A DNA stretch of 64,000 bases from Geosiphon pyriformis uo1 (lineage: Eukaryota > Fungi > Glomeromycota). The first letter of the stretch is position 1, and every line of letters begins with the position of its first letter. Positions 36,724 to 51,057 of the stretch are shown piece after piece. Location: the NCBI GenBank assembly GCA_016748015.1, contig JAAOMT010000571.1:408582-472581 (forward strand), written 5' to 3'. The translations under genes and the position numbers were made by a program. The notes under the pieces were generated by a model that ran no database searches, had not been told where the DNA came from, and worked only from the letters and a program-made list of their open reading frames with translations.

Positions 36724-39700
36724 TATAATCCTACAGAGAACCAGCACCAATAACACCAAACCAAAAATGGCAGAATCAGAAAATATAAGAGCAAACCATT
36801 TAGAATTTGCAAAATTCTTATTTCAACACTATTGTCAATACTTGGGATTAAACCACAATCATATATCCACTGAATCAGCCTTCAATTTCTACGTCAACAA
36901 AAAGATTTTTTCTTTATTAGGAACACCAGTGAATACTGAATCAGCAAGAAAAACCTTCTATAGGGAATTAATTTAAAACACCAATCTACCAACAAATCAT
37001 AATTTCACATCCATCATCACTGAGATCAACAAAGAAATTAAACATCACACTTAACAAAGATATTCAATTACATACACTAGTAAAGGCAAGGGAAAATTAC
37101 AAACACCAGCAGTAACACTCAGAAAAATACAGCCACCTACTTGGAAGAAAAACAGAGTTGAATCTCCAAGCAACCCATCCTACTACTATACACCTGGAAG
37201 CGCCATTAACATATCATCAACAGACGTGTTCCCATCAACTGCGACATTAGCATTTAGACGATTTTTATTCCAAAGTAGACAAAGAAAAACAGAATTATTA
37301 AGACCATATGGCGAATACTTTGAGGGATTTAATTCGCGATCATCAACCCCATTAGGACTTTGATTACCACAACCTCTGCCAGATTTCAGAATCTCTGATC
37401 CATAGGAAGCAGCAGAATCAGAAAAAGAGGAAGAAGAATCAGAGGATCAAGAATTCACTTATCAATACCCGATCACTAAAAACCCAGAAGTTGAAACCCT
37501 GAATTTTCAAACTCAGCAAAATCCAGATCTAGAAAATTTGGAAATCAAAACTCCGAATCATCAAAGACAGAACAATCCAAACCCTGAATTAATTAATCAG
37601 CAAAACTTACCTTCAGTAATTGTCATCAATCAACCACTAATTAATCTCATAGCCGAACCCATACAGCAGCCATTTCAACTACCACCCCAACAACCAGTAC
37701 AACAACAACTGCTTCAACAGCCACCACAATCACTTAACTTAGATCCAATGGCCTATGCACCAATCACAAAACTTGACAACTTTACTGGCAAAGAGAATGA
37801 CACTCAAGTATGGCTGAATGATGTAAAAAAGGCCATTGCAGCCAATGGATGGAATAACGCCTGAGCAATGCAAGCCATTCCCTACTTTCTCAAGGATACC
37901 ACCAATTTATGGTATCAGAGCTTGATTAATAAACCACAAAATTTCAATGCCTTCAAAGTGGAATTCCTAAGATACTTCAGCAACAATAACAGTATCAATT
38001 GTCTAGTCAACACATTCACCACCATGAAACAAGGAGAAATAGAAGTTGTTACCACTTATCTGAGACGCTTTTATTGAAATCTGCGCCAAATTCAAGCAAT
38101 TGACACCAACTATTTTACAGCACTACAGATACTCAATCAGTTTATCCATGGCCTGTGCAGCAGCATCTTGCAACATGTACATCCATTGCATCCAGGCACC
38201 CTTCAAGATGCAGTTACATGCGCCAGAGATTTTGAATCTGCTGAGTCAGAGGCTAACCATGCCCAAGCTATTAATCTAGTAATGAATGAATCATCTGAAT
38301 TGGATTCCAAATTGGAGAAGTTCAGTGAATCAATTAATAAGAGATTGGAAGAATACTTAGCTGACAATTACGCCACTTATCAGCCTCCACAATGACACAA
38401 TAATCAAGAAAACTCTAATCATGCCCAAAATCAACTATGTCCATCTTCATCGACCAATCAACAGTGACAACAGAAAATGTGTATCTGCCACTATTGTGGT
38501 AAACAAGGACATATCCAAATTAACTGTCACCAGCGTTTAAATAACTAACAATCGGGAAATCAATATCGAAATCCCGATTGCCGATTCCAAACTCTGAATC
38601 AGTACCCAAATCAAAACCAACCCACTTACTTACCAGTAATACAGTCATTAATCTATCAGTCTCTGGTGTATTAAGCTCCAATCTATTAACTGCAGCCACA
38701 AGTAATTTATCAACAACCACAGTCACAAATAATCTATTAACCCCAATAAATCTAAACACCACCTCAAAGCTTACCACCCAACAGAACCCAAAGACCAAGA
38801 ATGATTCAACAGAGCTGGAGATTGGCAATGGTAGTCCATCAACTGATCCCCAATTCTTCACAGCAATTATCTGGATTATGCCAGTAGAATTTAGGTGCCA
38901 GTCAACTCCAGAACCTGAATTTCCAGAACTATTTAAGTCTCCTGATCACTCCAGAAAATGCCCCAACCAATAACTTGGCATTTGCCCAAAAATAACCACT
39001 TACCAGTAATATCCTACCTGCTATCATTACCAAAAATGAGTCTTTGGCTGTTATATTCCCATTCAAATTCGAGGAAACAACTGCAACACCATTATTTAAT
39101 AGAGCCGCTCTTGAAGCCAAACCAATCACCGTGATGTACACTAATACCAAAGTTGAAGGACAATCCATCAAATTGATCCTTGACAGTGGTTCAGCAGGCA
39201 GCATCATCACATAACAACTTATGGATTAATTAGGTTACCGAGTTGATCGAGCTACCAGCGCCAGAATCATTACAACTGATAGAGTGACCAAAACTCCAAT
39301 CGGCGAAATTGATGACTTCCCTTTCGAAGTCAATGGCATCATGACTTCTATTAAAGTTCTAGTGATGGAAGCCACTTAATACCAAGCTCTCGTTGGTAAT
39401 GACTGGCTATCCAAAGTCAATGTGACGTTAGACTGAAACATCCAGGAACTCCAGCTAACATATCAGGGCCAACACATATGTGTACTGGCCACGTGTAGCC
39501 ACTTCAAGACTCCTCCAAGAGAGAAACTATTGATCAAACTGGAGGAGGAAAAAAAAACCTACCTGGGAAGCCTACCAAGTGTTGTGGGCTGATGAAGAGC
39601 ACAACAAACTGCTGCCAATACTCCCCTGGGATGACAACAACAATGGAAAAGGGAAACAAAAGGAAGAACTTACCTGGAAAACTAATGACTTGACATAGAC

Positions 39701-40748
39701 TGACAATGATGAACAGGAACTGACACCAAGCTGGAAATGGAAAGAAAGCAACAAAGGGAAAGGAAAAGCGAAAGAAAAAGAGCCACTGCCAACAAACCCA
39801 TATACCTCTTATCAATACACAACACCACAACAATTTATCTATTGTTGACCCAAACTAGTGTGTGTTGATTGCAGCAAGAAATTGTCATCAATGGGTGCAT
39901 GCTGTGGCAATGACAAAGAATATCAGACAACAACCAAGTTCTATTGTCACACATGCCTCGTTGAACACTTTGAAAGACCAAAACAAGTGAGAAAATGGGA
40001 TAATACCCCATGTTTAGCCTGTGGAGAAACTCTTCTTGACAAAGGAATGTGGAATGACATTTTTGAGAGAGGAAGAATGTGTGACATGTCCTGCCAATAC
40101 ACAATCCTTATCAGTAACTGGATCAAGAAAAGAACACCCATAAAAGCCGCCTGGAGAAGAGCTGTACAATGATTGGACAGTTGTCCACACAATGACAATG
40201 AATTATGGTAGATGGCAATCACCAAAATTGAAGGCGCGTCACTAGAAGAAATCAGAACAATTAAAAACAACCCACCAAAACCCATCGAGCTCGACTGAAA
40301 CGCAGAGCCAGTCATAAATTTTCTAGAACCAGAAGAGTTCCATGAACACTACCAAAACTTGGCACCCACTAAAAAAGAGCAAGAACAATGGCTAGCACAG
40401 TTAAATACAAGACTGTGTTGCCATTGTTTAATTCTCAGTGACTTTGAATATTGTAACAATTGTAACTTCATTTACAATCCACCACCATGCATGATCTACA
40501 CGATTCCTGAAGAAAAAGAACCAATTAGCAGCTGCGCATCAGAATCAGAATTGCTGATCAATCGCGATCCAGACTCCGACGATGACGACAAAAACACCAG
40601 TTCCAGCTCTGTTCAAAATGACAATAACAACAAAAACAATTCAAACTCAGATTCAAACTCCAATTTAAACTATGAACAATACATTGCACTACCAGATCTC
40701 TCTAAGGAACAAGAGTTGAAATGGTATAGTGACAAGGGAGAAGGTATT

Positions 40749-41145
40749 ATGCCAGAACATGCACATGATACTGATGCAGAGTTTGATCTGAGGTATCCAG
40801 AAAAAGAGGCCATCAAATTGGAACCACATTCACGCATCTGCATTGATTTGAAAGTAGCACTAGAAATTCTGGCAACAACAATGATTTAATTAGCATCTAG
40901 AAGTAGTTTAGCAAAAAGAGAGATTAATATAAGAGAAGGAATAATTAACGCGGGATATGTAGGAAATATTATTGCTATGCTACAAAATGACTCAGAAAAG
41001 GCCTATATAATAGAGCCCAACGAAAAGATAACACAGGCAATATTCCTGCCTCTGGTTAGAGTAGCTCAGTTAGTATTAGTGGGAAAGAAGGAGGAATTAG
41101 GAATAACAGCGAAAGGAATACAGAAATTTGGGTCAACAGATAGAA
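40749..41145 (+). pseudogene. Retroelement-encoded dUTPase domain
   Basis: DAEFDL, ASRSSLA, GIINAGYVG, ITQAIF, AKGIQKFGST = degenerate dUTPase motifs I-V; one internal stop. Confidence 0.88.
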
Positions 41146-44100
41146 TAGATATACCAGTTAATATGGCAGAGGAAAAAATTGTTGGCCAAGAAGAAATTAT
41201 CTCAACCGGTCAAGCTATTTCCATTCCACCATATAACCAGTACATGCTAGCAATAGAAAGGAAGGAAAAAGACCAAGCACAAATTTTTGAAGCAGAAGCC
41301 AGTTTTTGTGAATCAGGAGAAGTTGGACTCATTAATCTCCACCTACCAGCCAAAAATTACAGCCACATCAAAATTCCTATCTACAACAACACAGGAAATA
41401 TCATAGTAATACCAGCTGGAACCATCATTGGATACTTAAACACTGAAATAGAGGATCAACCACCAAACTCCATTCCAGACTTTCCACAACTTTGTGAATA
41501 TGTCGATATCACATCACAAACAATATACAGACAAAGTGAATGTTATTTGCTTCAACCAGAACAATTGGAACAAATGAACATGGGAAACTTAGATCCACTC
41601 CAACGTATGCAACTCAAGATGTTGCTCAACCAGTTCAATAACATCTTTGTCAGCAAAAATGAGTTTGGCCAAACTAACATCATCCAGCATCAGATCAAGA
41701 CTGGAGATGCAATGCCAATTAAACAAAGAGCATATAGAGTACCACCAGCCAGCCACAAAATTATTCATCAAGAAATAAATCAAATGCTTGACAATAGGCT
41801 AATTCAGCCATCAATGAGCCCATGGTCATTACCAGTGGTACTCATCCATAAGAAAAATGGAAAGATCTGATTTTGTGTAGACTACAAGAAACTCAATAGT
41901 GTAACTCATGAAGACAGCTATCCAACTTCATGGATACAGAAATTATTCGATGCTTTTGGCGGGAACAAATGGTTCTCAACATTAGACTTGGACAGTGGTT
42001 ACTGGCAAGTGGCCATGGATTCAGCTGACAAAGAGAAGATGGCATTCACCACAAGAGAAAGGAATTTCGAATTTGAAATAATGCCATTTAGTTTAACCAA
42101 CACACCAGCCACTTTCCAATGGCTAATGGAAATCATCTATACTGGCTTATTGTGGAAATTAGTAGTTGTATATTTGGATAACACCAACGTATTCTCAAAA
42201 ACATTTGATGATCATTTTCATCATTTTCAACAAATGTTCGAAAGATTAAGAAGAGCAGAACTAAAGTTAAATGCAACAAAGTGCTTCTTTGGCAAGACAG
42301 AACTAAAATTTTTGGGACACATAGTCAGCAAAGATAACATCAAAACAGATCCAGAGAAAATAAAAATAGTAAAAAACTTTCCAGTGCTAACCAATATGAC
42401 AGAACTGAAATCATTCTTGGAATTTGCCAACTACTATCGATGTTTTATCAAGAACTTTTCTAAGATAGCACAGCCATTCAACCAACTGCAAACCAAGAAT
42501 ACAAAATATGAATGGACAGAAAGTCAACAAGAAGCTTTTAATATTCTGAAAAAAAAACTCATTTAAGCTTCAGTACTGATCTATTCAGATCACAGCAAAC
42601 CATTTATCATCACCACTGATGCATCCGGCCAAGCATTGGGAGCAGTATTATCTCAGAGAGAACCAGACGGCAGAGAACATCCAGTAGCATATGCCAGCAG
42701 AGGTTTAACACCAGCCGAAAAGAACTATGGAACACCAGAAAAAAAACACTTAGCAATATACTGGTTAGTCATGAAATGAAAAGAATACTTGAGCCAGAAG
42801 TTTGAAGTATACACAAATCACAAGGGATTAACATCACTCCAAAAACAAGAATTTGGAGATGGAAGACAGTCAAGATAGAAAATGGCACTCGCATTATACA
42901 ATTATACTATACATTACAAAAAAAGAAAAAACAACAGAAATGCTGATGGTTTGTCGCAAATGAGACAAATCTAAGAATATTTTTAACACAAAAATATAAC
43001 AAAACAAGAACAATACCAACGAAAAATATAACAAAAGATGAACATACAAAAATATCAACAACTTCAACATTATATAAACACTCAACAGTTCAAGGAGAAT
43101 TTATCTCAAACGGAATAAAAGAGTATCAAACAACAATCAAAATATTTTATCACTCACCAAAATATACTTTATCGGAAAAATTGAAAAGATCCAGATCAAC
43201 CAACCAGAGTAATTACAGAGCCAGAAAAAGAGACAATATTATTCAACATGCACTCAAATCCAACAGCAGGACATTTTCATAAAGAAGCAATCATGGAAAG
43301 AACCAGAAAAAGATACTATTGGTCATCAATGTATTCAAACATCATCTAATATGTTCAAAATTGTGATGCTTGTCAGTGAAGAAAAGGTACAAAACCCAGT
43401 AAACCATTAAGACCAATCAAAGTAGGACAACCATTCGACCATATTGGAATTGATCTAGTCGGACCATTAACAATCACCAGTGGAGGAAACAGATACATAA
43501 CAGTAGTCATGGACTATCTCACTAAATGGCCAGAGGTGAAAGCAATTCAAAGAGTGGATGCAGAATCCATTGCCAAATTTGTTCATCAGGATTTAATCTG
43601 TTGACATGGATGTCCAAAAGAATTATTATCAGACCAAGGAACTCATTTTGTAAACAAAACATTAACAGAATTGAGCCAAAGATTCGAAATTAAGAGACTA
43701 CTATTATCACTATACCATCCACAAACCAATGAATTAGTCGAAAGATTTAACAGAACATTGTATAAAGCAATAGCTAAACTCAGCCAAGAAAACCAGAACA
43801 ATTGGGATCTGTTGATACCATCAGTACTATTTGCTTATCAGACAATAAAGCAAAATACTACACAAGCAACACCATTTGAATTAGTATATGGTAGAACAGC
43901 AACACTACCAGTGGAAATAGAAGTCAGCACATACCTACCAAACCAATAACAGAAGAGAATTTCAAAAACATATTGTTAAGAAGAACATATGACTTAATGG
44001 AAACATTAGAAGACAAACAACAAAGAGCAGCTAATAATATACAAAAGTCATAAGAGAAACAAAAAGAAAAACATGATAACCAACTACCAAATAAACCAGT

Positions 44101-44442
44101 TGAATTCAGGTTTGGAGACAAAATACTACTACATCATATCAAAGTGGAAAAACAATGGAGTAGAAAATTTGACCCCAAATGAGACAGACCATTTCACATA
44201 GAAGAAATTCTAGGAAATGGAGCTTATAAATTAAGATTGAATAACAAAATCTTGACTAAAGCAGCACATAGAGATCGACTGAAACCATACCATCATATAG
44301 CATTATTATCCACCAGTAATATTTCACAATTAGGAGTACAAAGAATACTAGTCCAACCAGATGAGATTCCACAAGATCTGAAACCAATCATTATTATTGA
44401 CAACAATACATCCAATTGATCAACAAAAGAATATATAAGAAC

Positions 44443-45096
44443 ATGGTCAATGCAACAGAAGAGATCAGAAAAATAGAGATTATGGACAATATCTATTCAC
44501 TAGCCCAACAAATTTTTCAATTAATCCAACACCAGGAAATAGAAATTACCATCAATCAACAAACCATTCGTTACAAAAATACGGCAAAGATACCACAAAA
44601 CAAAGCACAGAAAAGACTTGAAAATGTGGTTGACAAGATCATGACCAAGGTAAAATTGGCCATGAAAGAACAACAAATTATCAGATTACACCAAGAACTT
44701 ACCAGAGAAACTTGGACTTGGTGGATACAACAATTTCCAAAAAACTATTGTTATTTTTACTTGGAACAACATGTAAATATCCAGAACTTGTACACCAACA
44801 AAACAAAATGGTTATTTGACACCACAATACTAAAACAACTAGAACAATTTGTGGGAAAAAACAATCTAATCACACAAGCTCAAGCCATTTACTGGTTATA
44901 TATGGAATTTCAAGACTGACCAGAAATCTTACTCAATACAGCAATGGATACAGTTACGAGTAATCAATTAGGAAAAATGATCAATGCCCAATTTGAAGAA
45001 CTACAAAATAAAATAACACAAGTAATACTCGAAAAAGAAGTTCAAGAAATAATTCAAGAAGGGAAATTAAAAGAATTAGATTTTGACGGAGCTTAA
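44443..45096 (+). pseudogene. Extra ORF of the Gypsy element between integrase and PPT
   Basis: 217 codons from ATG 44443 to TAA 45096 with a single in-frame TGA (44917). Confidence 0.6.
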
Positions 45097-45100
45097 TATT

Positions 45101-45112
45101 AAAAGAAGGGGA
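45101..45112 (+). other. Polypurine tract
   Basis: AAAAGAAGGGGA just before the 3' LTR. Confidence 0.85.
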
Positions 45113-45115
45113 TAA

Positions 45116-46007
45116 TGTTACTCATAGAATATAGAAAATATAGTATTATTAGTCAGTAAATATTAGCCAATTAAAGGTAGACATAGTAAATGTGGAATTC
45201 CAGAATTCCTTTCAGAGAAATTGCAGGATTCCAGGAATTTCAAGATTCTCCAACAAGGAATTGCAGGATTCCAGAATTCCAGGATTCTTCTCATCAGGAA
45301 TTGCAGGATTCCAGGAATCCCAGGATTTTTGTCACAAAGAATTGAGGAATTGAGGAATCTCAATTATGTATATATAACAGTAGGATTAAAAGCTGAAAAG
45401 ACAGACTGCTCAGTTTAGATTTAATCTAAGCAACATTCCAGTTCCCAATCATCAAATAAATAATTATTCCATATCTCAACCTACTGTCCACTATCAACAT
45501 AAAGTGTTGATAGTAATTGATACTTAACCACACTAGAACAATAGCTCTTGATTACAGCTATTGACAGAATATTAACATACCAAATTGCTTTGGCTTATTG
45601 TTTCTATTTCTTTTTATTTTTATTTTCTTTATTTTATTTTTTTTCTTGCTTTGATTTTGTCATTGTATATTAATTGATTAAAAGATTAAGTGCTGAGTTA
45701 TTAACATCAAGGATAACCTGGTAAAAAACCCAGAAATAAGGATAGGATTTTATATATTATCAGATAGCTTACCAGAAGGGCACGACTGCCAGACTAAATC
45801 CAGCCACCATGCTGAGAAAGAAATTGGGAAAACTTTTGGAAAGATACATCTACTATTGACACTATTGAATTTCTGTCTGTTATACAAAGAACTCCATCAA
45901 AATCTTCAGATACAACACTTACAGAACATCATCAATGGAAGTAGCTTTTGAGCACCAAGTTACGGGTTTGTTATTCAATTCAACAACAGAAATAATCACC
46001 TGTAACA
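45116..46007 (+). repeat. 3' LTR
   Basis: Direct repeat of 35813-36704. Confidence 0.95.
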
Positions 46008-46420
46008 ATGAGTAGTAGAGAAAGACATATCATTAAGAAAGGCAACAGAAAACTTAAACCATTCAGAAATAAGGCCACAGAGGTCCAATCTCTTCTACTG
46101 TTTAAAGGTGTACCAATCAAATATAGCACCATGACAATTGCAAAGCTGATCCACAAAAGCAATGCCATACTTCCAGAGTGAAGAGAGAAACTTGAGAAAT
46201 TTTGACTTGCCAAGAACAGTAGACATGGGCACCCCATCTTGAAAAAAAAAGAACTGGCCACAGATTCATCTAAGGACAAATTGCAATTAAAAAGAATGCA
46301 AATCATGTCTGTCAAAAAGTTATTAGAAGAACTGACCCGAATATAAACAGGAAAACTCAAAGGATAAATAGGATGCCAACACAAAACCTGCAAGTCATGA
46401 GACCTGTAAGCAAACAAACA
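46008..46420 (-). mobile_element. Upstream continuation of the Gypsy-interrupted LINE ORF2
   Basis: FAYRSHDLQVLCWHP..SNNFL. Joins in frame to the 35808 side (NDMSFSTTH|FSVLDNV) once the element and one TSD are removed. Confidence 0.85.
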
Positions 46421-46429
46421 ATATTATTA

Positions 46430-46960
46430 AAAAACAATTTAGTTTAAAATTAAGTAATTTAATAAGCTAATTAATTGAAAATATGTATAAAACATAATTT
46501 ATTTAGCTTTTAAATTAGTTAAAATTAACTAAAAATTAATATATTAAATAATATAATTAAAAATTAATTTTAACCAAAATTAATAATATGCTTTTATTAT
46601 TATTGTTTAAAATAATTTTTTTTTATTTACAATTATAATAAAACTGAGTATTATTAATATAAATAATATAAAACTAATAAAAAAGCCAAAAAAATCAAAG
46701 TTTTATTTCTAATAAAAAAAACTGGCTTTAATAATATTAAAATATTGCTAAAAATATTAGAAAAAACAAAATTTTCTAATATTTTAAAAAATTAATAACT
46801 AATTTATATTATTAATATACCAAAAAAATGCTTTATTTAATTATTTCTATAATAAAAAATATTTTTCTTGTTAAAGCTTTATTAATTACTATAAAAAAAT
46901 ATATTTATAACTTTTTTACTTTTTGTTTTGATTATAATTATAAAAAATAAAAAAGTTATT
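46430..46960 (-). mobile_element. Eroded ORF1 5' fragment
   Basis: Reverse complement ataatcaaaacaaaaagtaaaaaagttat matches the ORF1 start atgaccaaagcaaagagtaaaaaagctgt (32042). Confidence 0.5.
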
Positions 46961-47148
46961 ATTTTTTAATTTAATTATAAATAATAAAATTTTTTAATTT
47001 AAATTATAATAATAATAATAATAATAATAATTTGGACTGTATTTATTAAAATAATAATAATAATAATAATATATTTATTAAAATAAAAATTAATTATATT
47101 ACTTAATATAATTATTTTTAATTAAAAAAAAAACAAGTTATATATATA

Positions 47149-49378
47149 TTTTTTTTTTATATTTAACAAGTGAGGTCCAAACACTATCTAATACAATACA
47201 TTAACTAAGTGATCTAAATTAGGCATGAATCATGCATTTTCTACACATAACCAGTCACTCAAGCTAATCAGAACAATATAATGCATTTATATAAACTGAA
47301 ACCACACTATCTAAATCTGAAAAAAACTGACAAGAATTATGAAAACCAAAACTAACACTAAAAGCATCAGTAATACCCAACAATTTAACTACACTAGCAG
47401 AAAACACTAAAGAAAGCCTAGACACTAAGACTGAAACAAATCTATTATGTGAAATTAGTCCATTCTTCTCCATAAATGTCTGGTGTTTGACACAAGCCAA
47501 CCAAATCTTCTTTCTGAATGCAAGGCCAAATCTGCCCACAAAGTTTACAACTATCTAATCCACAATTTTAGAATCTTTAAAAATAGAAAAAAATTCCCAA
47601 TACCAATTATTGAAGACAAAACTCTTGCCCAAAGCCATACACATAGCAACATTAGAAGTACAGGAACTCAAACATTGTGATACACATAAAACCAAGCAAG
47701 ACAGACCAGAAATCACCCTCCATTCAGCTGCATAGGTGTCCAGCAACCAAACATGAACATCAAAATCAAACAAACAGGAGAAAGTATGGTCTGAAACATT
47801 AATATCTCCATAAAACAAACATATTACACTTGGATAACTCTTGACATACAAATGCTTATAAACAGTGACAGAAAGCCAGTAATGCAAAGCCTTTATAAAT
47901 AAGTGCAAGTGCAAGCAATATTCCTACTAATAAAGCCAAAGACCAAATACAAATCATAATGTCACACTAAGAATAACCTAAACCAATTAATGTCTGCATG
48001 CAAAAAGTCTATCACAACTTAAGAATCAGAGCCAACCTTTTAGCATGCCTAATAGACAGACTGAAATATATTACAAACAAAATATCTAGAATTAGTGAAA
48101 ACAATGTTACCACCAGTCCTAATATAATACTTAGTAATATAATGAAGGAGATACTAATTAAAGAAACAAGCAGCCTTTGCAAAAGTATTAGCATGTTTAT
48201 TGTCCAAAACACCCATATAATTCTTAATTTTATGCCAATTGACTTTCAAATTCTTTTTACAAATAACATTTACAATATAACAATGTTCAACTCAACACTA
48301 ATTCTGAAAGTTAGGATACAACAAGCCCAACTCTAATTTACAAGCATCCAGAACAGACTGATTGTTAGAGAAAATTTGAACTGAACTTGGACATAGTGGA
48401 GGACACCAAACCAGAAACTTTAACACTCAAACTCAAATCAATATCCTTAAAAAAAACTACCATGCCAGTCTTCATGTCAAGAGTTTTTAAACCACTAAAA
48501 GATTTATTCATGTAAATAAAAAAGCAACCAGCATCAACACCCAACAAATAGTCACAAATAATCTCAACTTTATGGAACTTAAGGATGTTCAATGAATCAA
48601 TGCCCACTGAAAGAAGAAAACAAATAGAAAAAGAAGAAACACCATTAAGAAAATGAACAGAAAGCTCAAACCAATCAGAAATTGGGCCATGTGTATCCAA
48701 TTTTTTCCATCATTTAAATGTCTTCCAATTAAAAATTATACCAGCACAATTGCAAAGCTGCTTAGCAAAAGCAATCCCATACTGTCAAAGCAAAAAGACA
48801 CATTTGAAAAACTTAAGACCACCAAAAACAAGAGACAAGGGGGTATTACTCTGGAAATAAAAAGCATTAGTCACAAGACCACCTAAAAACAGATCATACT
48901 TTAGAAAAATGCAAACTATACTAGCTAAAAAATTATTTGATAGATCAATATTGATGTGAAATGAAAAAAGCAAAGGATAGTAAGAATTCCAGCTAAGTAC
49001 TTACAGATTATGTGATCTATGTGCAAACAGACAATCCAGAATGCCAACTGAATTCAAAAACCAAACAATAGAAGCTGGCTTGCTTTCAGCTTGAATCTGT
49101 TCAAAAGTCTTTAAATTATATAATAAGAGATGATGAAGTACATCATTTGGAAAGTCATGCAGAAAACCAGATTTGGATCTCAAGCCCTTGTAAATCAAAG
49201 TGTCCTATTTATTACATATACTAACAAGAACAAAACTAAATTGAGATCTATAACTAACAATTAGAAAAAAGATAGCTGATACCAAATACAAGAACTGTTT
49301 ATTAGAGATAGTTTTTCTCAAAACAAAATTGGCAAAAAAACAAATATCCACATAAGCCTTAGCCAAACTGGGCTTTAT
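47149..49378 (-). mobile_element. Second LINE copy, 5'-truncated ORF2 with RNase H remnant, 3' UTR, poly(A)
   Basis: YNLKTFEQIQAESK, FAHRSHNL, SGLVSST, CLFYG..SDHTFSC; 3' UTR homologous to 34300-34426. Confidence 0.85.
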
Positions 49379-51057
49379 ATTTTAACATATTTAATTAAAA
49401 AAATTGATATAATATTATTAAAAAAATTATATACTTTTAAAATTATATTTAATAATTTTTGTTTTAATATTTAGTAAATTTTTAAAATCAAGTTGGTTTA
49501 AAAAAATTATTAAATTTTTTATATAAAATTTATATTAGAAAAATTTTAAATATTATTACTAAAATTAAGTTTTCTAAATTGTTTTTTTTATTATATTAAA
49601 ATTAATAAATTTACTGTAATTTTTATTTAGTTTTAAGTTTATTTTTATTATATTTTATATTATTTTTTAATACTTTTTGGTAATATTAAGAAGTTATTAC
49701 TATTAAAATAAAATATATTAATTTATAATAATATATTATAATTTATTTTAAAAATTTATTGATTAATTTTTGTAAATAAAAAAATATTTGTTTTAAAAAA
49801 CACATTTAAGTTCAAATTAATTGTTGTTTAATCTAATATAATTAGCTAAATTTATAATTAAATATGATTTATTTTTTGGTAATTTAATGTTAATTATTAT
49901 TATTAATTATTATTAAAAATATAAAATTATAGTTTTTATTATTTAAAAAGTTTTTAATATTACTATTATTAAAACTAATATATAATTATAAAAAAACTGG
50001 TATAATACTTAATTATAATTATAAAAATAAGAATTTAAATTTAAAATAAGATATTTTAAAAATTAATTAACTAGTTAAAAAAATTAAAACATAAAAATAT
50101 TTTACAATATTTGTTTACAGCAATTAATAATTAATAAATATTTTGTAAATATTTGAATTTTGTGTTAAAATACAATAAAAAAATAAGTTTTTTCATAGTA
50201 AAAAATTAAAATAGTTTTTAAAAATAGAAAAACAATTAAAAATTTTAAAATTTAAATATATATATGTTGTAATTAGTAAATAACAATTAAATTAAACTTA
50301 ATTAAAATATTATAAATAAAAAAATTATTAAAAAATATTAAGAATATTTATGTATTAAAAATTTTTAATAAATTTTGTTTATTTTATTATTATTAATTTT
50401 TTGGTTAAATTTTTTATTTTTAAAAAGTATTATAATAAAAATATTTTTAAAAATATTTAAATATTATAATATTGATTTTTAAAAATTTTATTATTAATTT
50501 ATTTTTAAGACTAATTATTTTTTTAAAAAAGTTGTAATTAATAATAATAATAATTAAAAACTTTAATAATAAATTATAAATTAACATAAAATATATATTA
50601 TTAAAAAATTAATGTTTATAAATATTAAATTATTATACAAATCAGAACTTAAATAAAATAATTTATATAAAAATGTATAAAATTTAATCTTTTATTTAAT
50701 TTTAACATATTTTCAATTGATCAATAATTAATTACACAATTATATTTTTAACTTTTCATGTAAAACAAACTAAGACAATTATAATCATTTCACTATATGC
50801 ATAATTTTGAAGTAAATATAAAAACAACTTAACATAAAATTCAGAATTCTCAATAAACCATTGATAGTTAGAGCAAAATATCAAATCAACATTATTTTCA
50901 AAATGTTTAATCTCGGATTCTCGATATCCCCCCACCAGAGCTATTTTGTATTTCATCATATTGAGTGGGCATAACTGTTGAGGTACCCTTTATCTAGAAT
51001 CAGATTCCCCATTTGTCATTTTCTGATATTTGGTTTCTTTTTTTCCAGTGTTCCCAC

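Larger units (their letters stand above)
35813..46007 (+). mobile_element. Full-length Ty3/Gypsy LTR retrotransposon (gag-PR-dUTPase-RT-RH-IN + extra ORF), inactivated by stops
   Basis: 892-bp LTRs TG..CA, PBS, PPT, degenerate 4-bp TSD ATAA/ATGA. CHYCGKQGHIQINC, LILDSGS, LDLDSGYWQ, MPFSL, YLDN, TDAS, GIDLVGP, YHPQTNELVERFN. Confidence 0.96.

Noticed and set aside
38578-38973. Ser/Thr-rich ORF inside the Gypsy
   Set aside because: Off-frame reading of the Gln/Pro-rich gag-pol linker
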